64,000 nucleotides of DNA. It comes from Planctomycetota bacterium (GTDB lineage: Bacteria > Planctomycetota > PLA2 > JAEUHO01). Where the stretch lies: positions 15,309-79,308 of the forward strand of contig CBDCWP010000004.1 in the NCBI GenBank assembly GCA_965223505.1, read 5' to 3'. The position numbers and the translations under genes are program-made. Position 1 is the stretch's first letter; every line of letters starts with the position of its first letter. Under the pieces are notes generated by a model. That model did not search any database, had not been told where the DNA came from, and was given only the letters and a program-made list of their open reading frames with translations. Below, one piece after another: positions 38,899 through 48,112 of the stretch.

Positions 38899-38928
38899 GG
38901 CAACCTCTCAGGTTATCGACCCCTGCGC

Positions 38929-38958
38929 ATCGTAGCACTTCTGCGCGGCGCCATGCAA
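38929..38958 (-). promoter_or_regulatory. candidate sigma-70 promoter for precursor A and tailoring genes
   Basis: TTGCAT-N18-TACGAT with an extended -10 TG, about 30 nt upstream of ATG 38898. Confidence 0.4.
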
Positions 38959-39047
38959 GGCCACCAGCGCATGGCGACCCCCGCCATATGTTCACGATTA
39001 TCGACATCGGCTGTACGGCGCAGATACAAGCCGTATCGACGCCGAAT

Positions 39048-39082
39048 CCGTCCCGCCGGCCACTCGCGGGCCGACGGGACGG
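39048..39082 (-). terminator. 14-bp stem-loop after precursor B
   Basis: Minus strand CCGTCCCGTCGGCC-N7-GGCCGGCGGGACGG (one G-U pair), 12 nt downstream of the TAG at 39095-39097. Confidence 0.55.
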
Positions 39083-39094
39083 TGGTTTGCGCTT

Positions 39095-39300
39095 CTAGAA
39101 AACCTGGTTCGCGAAATGCACCGCGTCCTGCACGCCGTTGCTTGCGGGGTTGATGAAGACGGAGTAGATGTCGCCTTCGGAGGCGGGAAGAGGGCGCTCG
39201 GCCAACCCGAAGTAACCACGGCAACGCCGGCGGCGTTGTCACTGAGGCCCCCGCGGGTCAAACGCATGTCCTTCTTGGAAAGCTGCTTCGTGAAGTCCAT
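39095..39300 (-). CDS. double-glycine RiPP precursor peptide B (apparent 1-nt frameshift; ORF track gives 38998-39309)
   Basis: Leader MDFTKQLSKKDMRLTRGG. Adding one C at the C-run (+ strand GGG 39185-39187) gives the core LSDNAAGVAVVTSGWPSALFPASEGDIYSVFINPASNGVQDAVHFANQVF*, with GC3-rich codons and a downstream hairpin. Confidence 0.62.
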
Positions 39301-39455
39301 CCTCGTCAAGTGGTTTCAACCAGCCGAGCGGGATGCTCGACCGGGGGTGGGAGTCTAGCAGGCCACCGTTGAAGCCCTTTGCGGCGAAGCGTCCGAATCG
39401 AAGACCAAGACGACGTTCACTCTGCGCGACACTCTCCGTTCACTCAGCGCGGCCG

Positions 39456-41747
39456 TCACTTGTTCCTCGGCGGCGTGTTCGCGCGGACCGCTTCGATGAG
39501 GACGTCGCCGGTGGTCTGCAGGCTCGCCCGCGATACCCGCTCCACGCGGTCCTCCGACGTGTGTCGGAATCGATTGCGACCGGCGCGTCGAACGGGATCG
39601 GCGCCGCCGAAGTCGAAGTCGCACAGCAACGCCGCCGGGATGCCGGCGCGAAGAAACGGGATGTGGTCGTTGCGCACGGCGATCGGAATGCTGTGGGCGC
39701 GCGCTATCTCGAAGTAGCGTCCGTAGCCCAACCGTGCTCCGGCGTCGAGCAGCGATGCCGCCACCGACGTCGTGGAGCGTAGATCGTCGGTGAACTGCAG
39801 TCGCTCGTCGCCGACCATGTCGCAGACGACGACCGCGATCAGCCGGTCGACCTCGCCGGCGGCGACGACGTGCTCGACGAATGCGCGGCTGCCGTACAAG
39901 CCGTGGCGCGGACCCGAACGCCCCAGCGCCTCCTTGCCGTCGAAGAACGCGATCCGCACCGCCGGACGGGGCTTCATGGCCGCCAGGACACGCGCGCACT
40001 CGATCAGGACGGCGGCGCCAGAAGCGCCTTCGTTCGCGCCGGTGAAACCCGACACCCCCTCCAGCCGCTTCGTGTCGAGGTGCGTCGCGAGAAGAACGTA
40101 TCGTTCGTCACGCTCGCCTGGCAACGAGGCGAGCGTGTTCTTCAGGACCCGTCCCCCGCCCGGCGTTTGCACTGCGACGTCCTCGATCTCCACTGACCAA
40201 CCCGCGGCCTCGAGCTGCGCGCGCACGTACCCGCGTGCGTTCTCCAGGGCCTCGCTGCCGAGGGGACGCGGACCCAGCTCGGCCAGGGCGACGAGGTCCG
40301 CCATCGAACGATCGGCGTCGAACGGCGTTCGCGCAGCGGGCGCCGGTCGCGGCGAGAGCGGCGGCGGCGCTTCGGTCGGCGTCGTCGGCGTCACCGCGGC
40401 GCCTCCGCTCAGGCCGAACAGGCGACGCACCGGTTCGAAGAGCAAGCTGACGATCCGCGGTCGCTCGGTCACGATCTCCGCGGAGAGCGTCAGCCCTGCG
40501 CGCAGTGCAAGCCCCTCCGGTGCGTCGCCTTGCACACGCTGTACGGCGAGGCGTCCGGTGAACACCGACGCGCCCGTCGTAGGGTCCTCCGTCGGTACCA
40601 GCGCGACACTCTCCAACCGTGCCTTCACGACGCCGAAGCGCTCGAACGGATACGCGTCGAGCTTGATCTTGCAGAGCGCGCCGGGTCGCAGAGCCGCGGC
40701 GTCGCGATTGGCGAACGTCGCGGTCGCCGCCACGTGGGGGGACGTGGAGATCGAAAATGCAGGCGTGTCCGCCTCGACCCGGTCGCCCGGAACGATCGGC
40801 GCCGCGAAGTTGATCAACCCGCTCACCGGCGCATGCAGGACCAGCAGCTCGAGCACGCGCTCGCTCGCGTCGATCTCCGCCTCGAGCTTCTCGATGTCCG
40901 CGCGCGCCGTGTCGCGGGTGGCCCGCGTACGCGCGGCCGCGTCGCGCAGCGCGGCCTGCGCGGATTCCAGTCGGCTCTTCGCGGCGGCGACGCGTTCGTC
41001 GGCTTCGATGGTGATCACGTCGAGCGCCTGACGCGCCTCGCGCAACGCCGCTTTCGCACCCTCGACGAGTCCGCGCTGCGCGTCACGCTTGGCGATCGCC
41101 GCGTCGTGCGTCTCGCCGTCGATCAGCTTCTTCTTGTACAACGTCGTCGCGCGCTCGGCCGCCTTGTCGTCCCTACGAAGGGTGGCTTCGGCGGCGGTCA
41201 GCGCCGCCTGCTTGGCCTCGAGGCGTGCGCGCTCGAGCTCCACCCGGCGCGGAATGACCGTCTCGCGATGACGCAGCTCTCGCGTGTGCGCGTCGCGCGC
41301 TGCGCGCCAGTCTTCGATCGTCTCGGCGGCGGCGACGTCGGCGACGGCCTTCGCTTCGCCCGACGCCAGGAGGGCCGCCAGCGCGGTGACGGTCTCGTCG
41401 AGGGTCGTCCACTGCCGGTGCGCGCGACCGTGGTCCTTGCGCAGCCGCTCCAGACGCCCGCGTTCGGCTGCGTCTTCCAACCGCAGGAGCAGCTGTCCGG
41501 CTCGCACCTGCTCGCCTTCGGCCGCGTAGACCTCCGCGACGACGCCGGCGGTCGAGAGCCGTACGTCCGTGCGCTCGTCCACGGCGACGAGCAGCCCGCG
41601 GCCGACGACGACCCGATCGACGCGCACGACCGTCACGAACGTTCCGACCGCGCCCAGCAGGAGGAGCAACAGCCACAACAGCAGCCGACGCCCGCGCGCG
41701 CCGACCGCGGGCTTGGCGGGACGGGGCAGGATGGCGCCGCCGCTCAT
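39456..41747 (-). CDS. HlyD-family adaptor fused to an M28 peptidase/glutaminyl-cyclase-like domain
   Basis: TM helix, GEQVRAGQLLLRL, coiled coil, APVSG, KLDAYPFERFG, LRAGLTLSAEI. Then a Pro/Thr linker, then THLDTK, GANEGASG, FFDGKE, LYGSR, DMVGD, NDHIPF, RHT. Confidence 0.85.
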   Translation of the reverse strand: MSGGAILPRPAKPAVGARGRRLLLWLLLLLLGAVGTFVTVVRVDRVVVGRGLLVAVDERTDVRLSTAGVVAEVYAAEGEQVRAGQLLLRLEDAAERGRLERLRKDHGRAHRQWTTLDETVTALAALLASGEAKAVADVAAAETIEDWRAARDAHTRELRHRETVIPRRVELERARLEAKQAALTAAEATLRRDDKAAERATTLYKKKLIDGETHDAAIAKRDAQRGLVEGAKAALREARQALDVITIEADERVAAAKSRLESAQAALRDAAARTRATRDTARADIEKLEAEIDASERVLELLVLHAPVSGLINFAAPIVPGDRVEADTPAFSISTSPHVAATATFANRDAAALRPGALCKIKLDAYPFERFGVVKARLESVALVPTEDPTTGASVFTGRLAVQRVQGDAPEGLALRAGLTLSAEIVTERPRIVSLLFEPVRRLFGLSGGAAVTPTTPTEAPPPLSPRPAPAARTPFDADRSMADLVALAELGPRPLGSEALENARGYVRAQLEAAGWSVEIEDVAVQTPGGGRVLKNTLASLPGERDERYVLLATHLDTKRLEGVSGFTGANEGASGAAVLIECARVLAAMKPRPAVRIAFFDGKEALGRSGPRHGLYGSRAFVEHVVAAGEVDRLIAVVVCDMVGDERLQFTDDLRSTTSVAASLLDAGARLGYGRYFEIARAHSIPIAVRNDHIPFLRAGIPAALLCDFDFGGADPVRRAGRNRFRHTSEDRVERVSRASLQTTGDVLIEAVRANTPPRNK

Positions 41748-44700
41748 CCCACCTGCTCCGCGTGGAACATGGCATACAAGCCGCCTTGCTCGAGGAGGGC
41801 GGCGTGGGTGCCTTGCTCGGCGACGCGGCCCCGTTCGAGCACCACGATGCGATCCGCCCGCCGCGCGTACCCGAGGCGGTGCGCGAGGAACACCACGGTG
41901 CGGTCGCGGCTGGTCTCGTCCAACGCGTTCAAGAGCGCGGCCTCGCTTTCCATGTCGAGCGAGCTCGTCGGCTCGTCGAGCAGCAGGAGTCTCGGCTGCC
42001 CCACGAGCGCGCGCGCGATCGCGAGACGTTGGAGCTCACCGCCGGAGAACCGTGCCGTGCTCCGCTCGCCGACGAGCGTACCGTAACCCTGCGGGCGATT
42101 GATGATCTGGTCGTGGATCCCCGCAGCCTGCGCAGCGGCGATGATGTCCGCTGCTGCGAGCTCGCGGCCGACCGCGATGTTCTCCATGATCGTTCCGGAA
42201 AGCAGCTCGATCTTCTGCGGAACGAATCCGACCTGGCGGCGCAGCGATCGCGCCGAGACGTTGCGCAGGTCGTGACGATCGACGTAGACCGAACCCTTCT
42301 CGGGTTGAAAGAGCTTCAGCAGCAGATGAACGAATGTGGTCTTGCCCGCGCCGCTGCGTCCGACGATCGCGACGCGTTCGCCGGGCAGGACCTCGAGCGA
42401 GAGATCTTCGAAGACCGGCGGTAGGTCCCGTTCGTAGCGAAACGTGACATTCTCCAGGCGAATGTGGCCTTCCACGGAGCCGATGTCGAGCAACGACTCC
42501 GTCTGCGGTTCCTCCGGCGAAGCGTCGAACACCTGGCTGAGCCGCTCGAGCGAGACCGCCGTCTCCTGAAAGCTCTCCCAGATCCCCAGCAAGCGCGTCG
42601 CGGGCGCGAGCACCTGGGCTAGCACGGCCGAGAAAGCGACGTACGCACCGACGCTGAGCGAACCGTCGATCACGAACCGTGCGCCGAAGTAGATGACCGC
42701 GGCTTGGCCGCACGCGCCAATGAACGTGCCGAGCGTCTGCGACAACGTCACGAGGCGCACCCCGCGCAGCTCCGAGGCGAGCATCCGGTGGAAGAGACGC
42801 TCGTATCGGCGCCGTTCCGCATGTTCCGCGTTCGCGCCCTTGACCGTGACGACCGACGAGAGCGAGTCGACGAGGGCGGACTGGGTCTCGCCCTGGCGGG
42901 TCACCTGCTCTCGGCGGATGCGACGCAGGCGCGGTGTGATGAACCACGTGAGCAGTGCCAACAGCGGAATCGGAAACAGTCCGATGATTGCGAGCTCGAC
43001 GTCGTAGCACAGGAGCACGATCAGGTACACGGCCCCCAACGCGACGTCCAGGATGGCGCCCGTCGCGACGGTCGTGAGGAAGTGACGGACCTTCTCGTTG
43101 TCCGCGAACCGCACGAGCAGGTCGCCGACCTTGCGCGACGCGAAGAACTGCAGCGGCAGGCGAAAGAGCTTGTGGTGGAAATCGCTCACCAGCGCCAGGT
43201 CGGCCGCACGCACGACGTCGTAGAGCAGCAGCGTGCGCAGCGCGCCGATCAGCGCGGAGAAGAGCGCGGCGCCGATCATCGCGGCCAACAACGCGATCAG
43301 GATCGACACCTCGCCGTGGACGAACACCCGATCGATGACGGTCTGTGTCGTGAAGGGGATGACGAGACCAAGCAGCTGCAATGTGAAGGCGGCCAGCAGC
43401 ACCTGGAAGATGACGCCGCGGTGGGGCCGCAGGTAGGGCAGAAAGCGCGAGAGCCCCTTCGGTCGTCCGCCCGCGTCTTCGGGCGGCGCGGAGGTGGGCC
43501 GCAACAACAGCAAGGTGCCGTCCCACCCTTCCATGAACGCCTTGAGCGGTATGCGCTTGAGCCCCTGCATCGGGTCTGCCACGACGACACGTCGTCGCGA
43601 GACGGCGTACAAGACGACGAAATGATTGCCGCCGACGTGCGCGATGGCGGGCAGCCGCACGTTGCGCAGGTCGTCCGCCCCTTCGACGCCGACGCCGCGG
43701 GCGAGGAAGCCGATGTCCTCGGCGGCTTCGGCCAGCGACAGGAGGGAACAGCCTTGCTGCGAGACGCACGCGAGCTCGCGCAGCCGCCCGTGCAACGCCG
43801 GCCGTCCGTAGAAGTCCGCGATCATGCCCAGGCAGGCCGGACCGCAGTCGGTCGCGTCCGGTTGGAGCCGCAAGGGGTACCTGTGCAACGCCCGTCGCAG
43901 TGCGCGTCCGACGAGCGTGCCCGGCGGTTCCAGCAGACGGGGATCGAGCGCCTCTTCGAGCTCCTCCTCGACGGTTTCATGCGACGCGCTGCGTGTCGGC
44001 GTGCGGCGTCCGCGGTGCGACAGGGCGGCCACGAGGGTCGCGAAGAACGGCCGCAGGGCCCGCGCCTCTTCGTCGGACGCGGCAAGCACGAGCCGCCGCC
44101 CCGGCGACAGCGCCACGATGTCGGCCGGCTCCGGCGTGTCGAGCGCCATGCCGGCTTCGCCGAAGGTGTCGCCGCTCACCAGCATGCGCGGCGAGTCGTG
44201 CGCGTCCCCGGCCTCGCGGCGAGCGCGTCCTTCGACAAGGAGCGAGAAGCCGTCGGCGCGCTCGCCCTGGCGGGCCAACACGTCGCCGGCGGCGAACGCC
44301 TGGGGTGCGAGCGCGAGGACGACGTTGCGGACGATCTCGGCGTCGACGGACGTCGCGTCGAGATCGTCCAAGAAGGCACGCAGCGCCGGCTCCCCGAGCG
44401 CGGCCGTCAACGGTCGAAGCGACGGGTCGTTGTCGAGCACGCTTCGATCGAGGCGCAACACGGTCATCGCCGTCTCGACGTGCACGGCATCGCCGCCCGG
44501 CGCCTCGCCGAAGAGCTGTCCCCGGAACGCGACGCCGCCTTGTCCGACGGGCGCGTCGCCGCCCTCGGATCTCCCCATCCCGTCGAGCACGAGTAGGGCG
44601 CCCTTGGACGGCGGGATCACGGCGCCGCGTTTGAAGCGTGCGCGCTCGCCGTGCGCCGCGAGTTCCGTGCAGGCGTTGCGTCCGAGCACCCGCAGCACGG

Positions 44701-44752
44701 CGTCGGCGAGTAGCAACCGGGCTGTTCGCCGGAGTTCGGGGTCGTCCTGCAC
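41744..44752 (-). CDS. peptidase-containing ABC transporter (cNMP-binding-like, C39, TMD, NBD)
   Basis: Q..ATDCGPACL, NHFVVL, VADP (C39 triad intact). GRSGAGKTT, FSGGELQR, LLLDEPTSSLD. N-terminal cNMP-like segment GDVLARQGE..GDTFGE. Confidence 0.92.
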   Translation of the reverse strand: MQDDPELRRTARLLLADAVLRVLGRNACTELAAHGERARFKRGAVIPPSKGALLVLDGMGRSEGGDAPVGQGGVAFRGQLFGEAPGGDAVHVETAMTVLRLDRSVLDNDPSLRPLTAALGEPALRAFLDDLDATSVDAEIVRNVVLALAPQAFAAGDVLARQGERADGFSLLVEGRARREAGDAHDSPRMLVSGDTFGEAGMALDTPEPADIVALSPGRRLVLAASDEEARALRPFFATLVAALSHRGRRTPTRSASHETVEEELEEALDPRLLEPPGTLVGRALRRALHRYPLRLQPDATDCGPACLGMIADFYGRPALHGRLRELACVSQQGCSLLSLAEAAEDIGFLARGVGVEGADDLRNVRLPAIAHVGGNHFVVLYAVSRRRVVVADPMQGLKRIPLKAFMEGWDGTLLLLRPTSAPPEDAGGRPKGLSRFLPYLRPHRGVIFQVLLAAFTLQLLGLVIPFTTQTVIDRVFVHGEVSILIALLAAMIGAALFSALIGALRTLLLYDVVRAADLALVSDFHHKLFRLPLQFFASRKVGDLLVRFADNEKVRHFLTTVATGAILDVALGAVYLIVLLCYDVELAIIGLFPIPLLALLTWFITPRLRRIRREQVTRQGETQSALVDSLSSVVTVKGANAEHAERRRYERLFHRMLASELRGVRLVTLSQTLGTFIGACGQAAVIYFGARFVIDGSLSVGAYVAFSAVLAQVLAPATRLLGIWESFQETAVSLERLSQVFDASPEEPQTESLLDIGSVEGHIRLENVTFRYERDLPPVFEDLSLEVLPGERVAIVGRSGAGKTTFVHLLLKLFQPEKGSVYVDRHDLRNVSARSLRRQVGFVPQKIELLSGTIMENIAVGRELAAADIIAAAQAAGIHDQIINRPQGYGTLVGERSTARFSGGELQRLAIARALVGQPRLLLLDEPTSSLDMESEAALLNALDETSRDRTVVFLAHRLGYARRADRIVVLERGRVAEQGTHAALLEQGGLYAMFHAEQVG

Positions 44753-44844
44753 GCGCCGGATTCTACGGGAACGCGTCGTGGGATCGGGCGGCCTGGCAAA
44801 CCCGGCCGTCTGTCAAATGCCGAACACGCCGAGCGATCCGACCG

Positions 44845-46194
44845 CTACTCGCCCGCTTCGTCGGCTTCGGCCAACCCGTATCGAAGCAGCTTGCGGTACA
44901 GCGTCTTGCGATCGACGCCCAGGATCGCCGCCGCGCGCCGGCGAACACCGCCGACGCTCTTCAGCACCGACAAGATGTGCGCGCGCTCGACCGCTTCCAG
45001 CGTCTGCAGCGAACCCGGCGCCGCGTCCGACTTGCGCTCGTTCCCGTGGCGAATGACCGAAGGCAGCTCGTCCACGTCGATGCGCGGACCGCGCGCGAGC
45101 GCCACGGCGCGCTCGATCACGTGCGCCAGCTCCCGGACGTTGCCGGGCCACGGATACGAGTGCAGCGCGGCGAGGGCGTTGTCCGTGATCTTCGCCGCCT
45201 TGCCGGCCGTGGCGAATCGGCGTAGGAAGTGGCCGACGAGCAACGGAATGTCCTCGACGCGATCGCGCAACGGCGGAACGCGGATCGTCACCGCGTTCAA
45301 GCGATACAGGAGATCCTCGCGGAAGCTCCCGTCCCGAACGGCCGTATCGAGGTCGCAGTTCGTGGCCGCGAGCACACGCACGTCCACGTGGCGCACCGAC
45401 GACGACCCCACGCGCCGCACCTCGTTGGACTCGAGCACGCGCAGCAGCTTCGCCTGCACGGCTAGGGGCATGTCCCCGATCTCGTCGAGCAGGATCGTGC
45501 CCTTGTCCGCGGCTTCGAAGAGACCGGGACGGTCCGCGTTCGCGCCGGTGAACGCGCCGCGCACGTGGCCGAACAGTTCGCTCTCCAGCAGTCCCTCCGG
45601 CAACGAGGGACAGTTCACGGCGACGTACGGACCGCTCGAGCGCGGGCCCGCGTCGTGGATCGCGCGCGCAACCAGTTCCTTGCCGGTGCCGGTCTCGCCT
45701 TGCACGAGCACGGACACCGTCAGGGGTGCGACGCGCGCGATCGACTTGAACACCCGCGTCATGGCCTCCGAGCGGCCGACCATCGCGCGCTTCGCTTCGC
45801 CGCGCTCCATCGACGCCTCGCCCGCCTCGCCGCGCGCCTCGGCGGCGCGCTTCACCATGCGGCAGATCTCGTCCATGGAGAACGGCTTGCTCATGTAGTC
45901 GAACGCGCCGGCGTGAATCGCCTCGACGGCCGTCTCCAGCGACCCGAACGCGGTGACGACGATCGCTTGCAGCTTCGGATCCCGCTCGCGCAGCGTGCGC
46001 ATGAGCTCGATGCCGTCCATGCCCTCGAGCCTTACGTCCGTGACGACGACGTCCACCGTCTCGCCGTTCATCGCCTCCAACGCGGACTCCGCGCTGTCGG
46101 CCGCGCTCACGTCGTAGCCTTCGCCTCGCAGGACCTCGACGAGGAGGTTGCGCGCAACCGCGTCGTCTTCCACGATCAACACGCTCGTGCCCAT
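44845..46194 (-). CDS. sigma-54-dependent response regulator (NtrC/AtoC family)
   Basis: REC domain (VEDD, TDV, KPF), GETGTGKE, ESELFGH, GAFTGA, WPGNVREL, Fis-type HTH. Confidence 0.93.
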   Translation of the reverse strand: MGTSVLIVEDDAVARNLLVEVLRGEGYDVSAADSAESALEAMNGETVDVVVTDVRLEGMDGIELMRTLRERDPKLQAIVVTAFGSLETAVEAIHAGAFDYMSKPFSMDEICRMVKRAAEARGEAGEASMERGEAKRAMVGRSEAMTRVFKSIARVAPLTVSVLVQGETGTGKELVARAIHDAGPRSSGPYVAVNCPSLPEGLLESELFGHVRGAFTGANADRPGLFEAADKGTILLDEIGDMPLAVQAKLLRVLESNEVRRVGSSSVRHVDVRVLAATNCDLDTAVRDGSFREDLLYRLNAVTIRVPPLRDRVEDIPLLVGHFLRRFATAGKAAKITDNALAALHSYPWPGNVRELAHVIERAVALARGPRIDVDELPSVIRHGNERKSDAAPGSLQTLEAVERAHILSVLKSVGGVRRRAAAILGVDRKTLYRKLLRYGLAEADEAGE

Positions 46195-46195
46195 C

Positions 46196-46999
46196 TCAGC
46201 GCTCCTCGCCCAGCGGCTCGATGGTGAGCGTGACCACGGTGCCGATGCCCGGCTTGGAGTCCAGAAGGATGTCGCCACCGTGCGCCTTCGCGATCTCCCG
46301 GCAGATGGCGAGACCGAGGCCGGATCCGCGGCCCGCCCCCTTGGTCGAGAAGAAGGGCTCGAAGACGTGGTCCATGTGCCGCGACGAGACCCCGTGCCCG
46401 GAGTCGCAGACGGAGATGGCGCGGCCGGCGCCGGTGGCGTCGGTTCGAATGACGAGCGTGCCGCCCTTGGGCATCGCGTCGATCGCGTTTTGAACGAGAT
46501 TGAGGAAGACCTGTTCGAGCTGATCGCGGTCGCACGCGATCGGCGCTTCCGACCCGGCGCCGATGTCGAGTTCGAGTTGAATCTCGTTCTTGGTCAGCAG
46601 AGGTTCGAGAACGTCGAGGACGTGCACGAGCAGGGCGTGAATGTCGGTCGGCGTCGGCTCGGGCTCGGGGCCTCGCAGTCGGCGCAGGTAGCGCCGAATG
46701 AGCAGCGAGAGGCGAGAGACCTGGTCCGCGATGATCTCGGTGCGGCGGCGCGCGTCGTCCGGAAGCGCCGGGTCCGCGAGCATGAGGTCGAGATGTCCGG
46801 AGATGGAGTGCAGAGGCGTGCCGAGCTCGTGCGCGAGACGGCCGACCAACGCGCCGAGTGCGGCGACCCGCTGCGCTTGCGCGAGCTTGCGCTGCATGTC
46901 GAGCAGGGTCGGCGACGTCGCGTCCTGCGTGGGCTCGGACGGCGGCGTCTGCGTGGCGCGCTCTTCGCTCTGACGCGCATCCGCGTTCATACGTGACAC
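46196..46999 (-). CDS. sensor histidine kinase lacking an obvious input domain
   Basis: AHELGTPL, QVFLNLVQNAIDAM, DSGHG, FEPFFSTK, GSGLGL. No TM helix. Start uncertain. Confidence 0.88.
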   Translation of the reverse strand: MSRMNADARQSEERATQTPPSEPTQDATSPTLLDMQRKLAQAQRVAALGALVGRLAHELGTPLHSISGHLDLMLADPALPDDARRRTEIIADQVSRLSLLIRRYLRRLRGPEPEPTPTDIHALLVHVLDVLEPLLTKNEIQLELDIGAGSEAPIACDRDQLEQVFLNLVQNAIDAMPKGGTLVIRTDATGAGRAISVCDSGHGVSSRHMDHVFEPFFSTKGAGRGSGLGLAICREIAKAHGGDILLDSKPGIGTVVTLTIEPLGEER

Positions 47000-47084
47000 T
47001 CCGCGCGTGGTGCGCGTTCACATGATACGCGGGGAGCCGGTCGACCGCAGTCCGCGGAGGTCATGCGGTCGACCGTCGTCGGCG

Positions 47085-47852
47085 CTACTTGTCGGCGTCC
47101 TTGAAGAGCGCGCTCAGCTTCTTCTTGTTGGCCTTGTACGCTTCCACCCACTCCTTCCCGCCGGGGAAGGTCTGGCCGGTGAGCCCGTTGGCGGACGCGA
47201 CGAGCGCTCCGCCGAGCGCCTTCCAGGGTGCGCCTCCGGATCCGCCCTTGGGATTGCGCCCCGCGGACTCGGCGGCCGCGTACAGCCGGCTCATCGTGTC
47301 GAGAAGCTCATTGAGAACGTCGGCGCGCTTCTTCGACGCGCCGTAGCGCCCGAGTGCCACGATCGCTTCTTTGGCCGCGGCGGGGGCCTTGGCCTTCTGC
47401 ATGAGCTTGACCAGGACGGGAATCGCCGAATCCGGCGCCAGGGCCGCGGTCGCCCGCAGGGCTTCGAGCTGAAGCGGGCTCGCATCCTTGTCCTTGGGTT
47501 GGGGGAAGGCCTTGACGAGCTCGGCGTAGGCGCCCTTGGGGTCGTCGAGACGACCCAGCGCTTCGGCGGCCGCGGTGGCGGCGTTGCCGGCCTTGGCGTC
47601 CTTCAGGACCTTGCCGAGCGCGGCGCGGAGCTTCTTCTTCAGCGGCGCCTTCTCGAGGCCGTTGTGGACGTCGGGCACGCGCCGGACCGCGTCTTCGAGG
47701 CCGGTGCGTTCCTTGTCCTTGCGCGCCTTGTCGATCTCGGCAAGCAGCGCCTTGACGGCTGTCTCGCTGTCGTCGGCCGCGCGTGCGAGCTCGTTGCCGC
47801 CACAAAGCAGCAGTCCAGCGGCGAAGCCACAGAGAATGAGACGTTGGATCAT
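47085..47852 (-). CDS. secreted HEAT-repeat-like protein
   Basis: Signal peptide MIQRLILCGFAAGLLL...ARA. Helical repeats AAAEALGRL and EAIVALGRY. Confidence 0.65.
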   Translation of the reverse strand: MIQRLILCGFAAGLLLCGGNELARAADDSETAVKALLAEIDKARKDKERTGLEDAVRRVPDVHNGLEKAPLKKKLRAALGKVLKDAKAGNAATAAAEALGRLDDPKGAYAELVKAFPQPKDKDASPLQLEALRATAALAPDSAIPVLVKLMQKAKAPAAAKEAIVALGRYGASKKRADVLNELLDTMSRLYAAAESAGRNPKGGSGGAPWKALGGALVASANGLTGQTFPGGKEWVEAYKANKKKLSALFKDADK

Positions 47853-48112
47853 GGGTCGAAAACTCCGAAGATCGCCGCTGCCAAGCACGCAGCGGGCCAA
47901 CTGCGGCGAGGTGCCGAATTCCGCCTCCGAGGCGCCCCCGACCGACCCGGCGGGGCATTTTGCCCCTCGCGTGGGGCAGTTGGCCCCAGCGCCGCGCCCG
48001 ATGTGCGCGTCCGCGGGCGTCTTCTTCCGGCGCAGCGAGGCCGGCGCGGACCTCGCGTCGCGTGGCACGCACGTTGCGAAGCGGTGGATCGATCCTTTCA
48101 CAGGAGGTTCCC

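Noticed and set aside
38998..39309. 103-aa Ser/Thr/Cys-rich precursor suggesting a lanthipeptide or azole peptide
   Set aside because: The Ser/Thr/Cys tail is in a frame with atypical codons that reads through a hairpin, and no Lan or YcaO enzymes are present.
44753..44844. sigma-54 or sigma-70 promoter upstream of the ABC exporter
   Set aside because: GG and GC elements lack the N10 spacing, and TTGACA and TAGAAT are too far apart.
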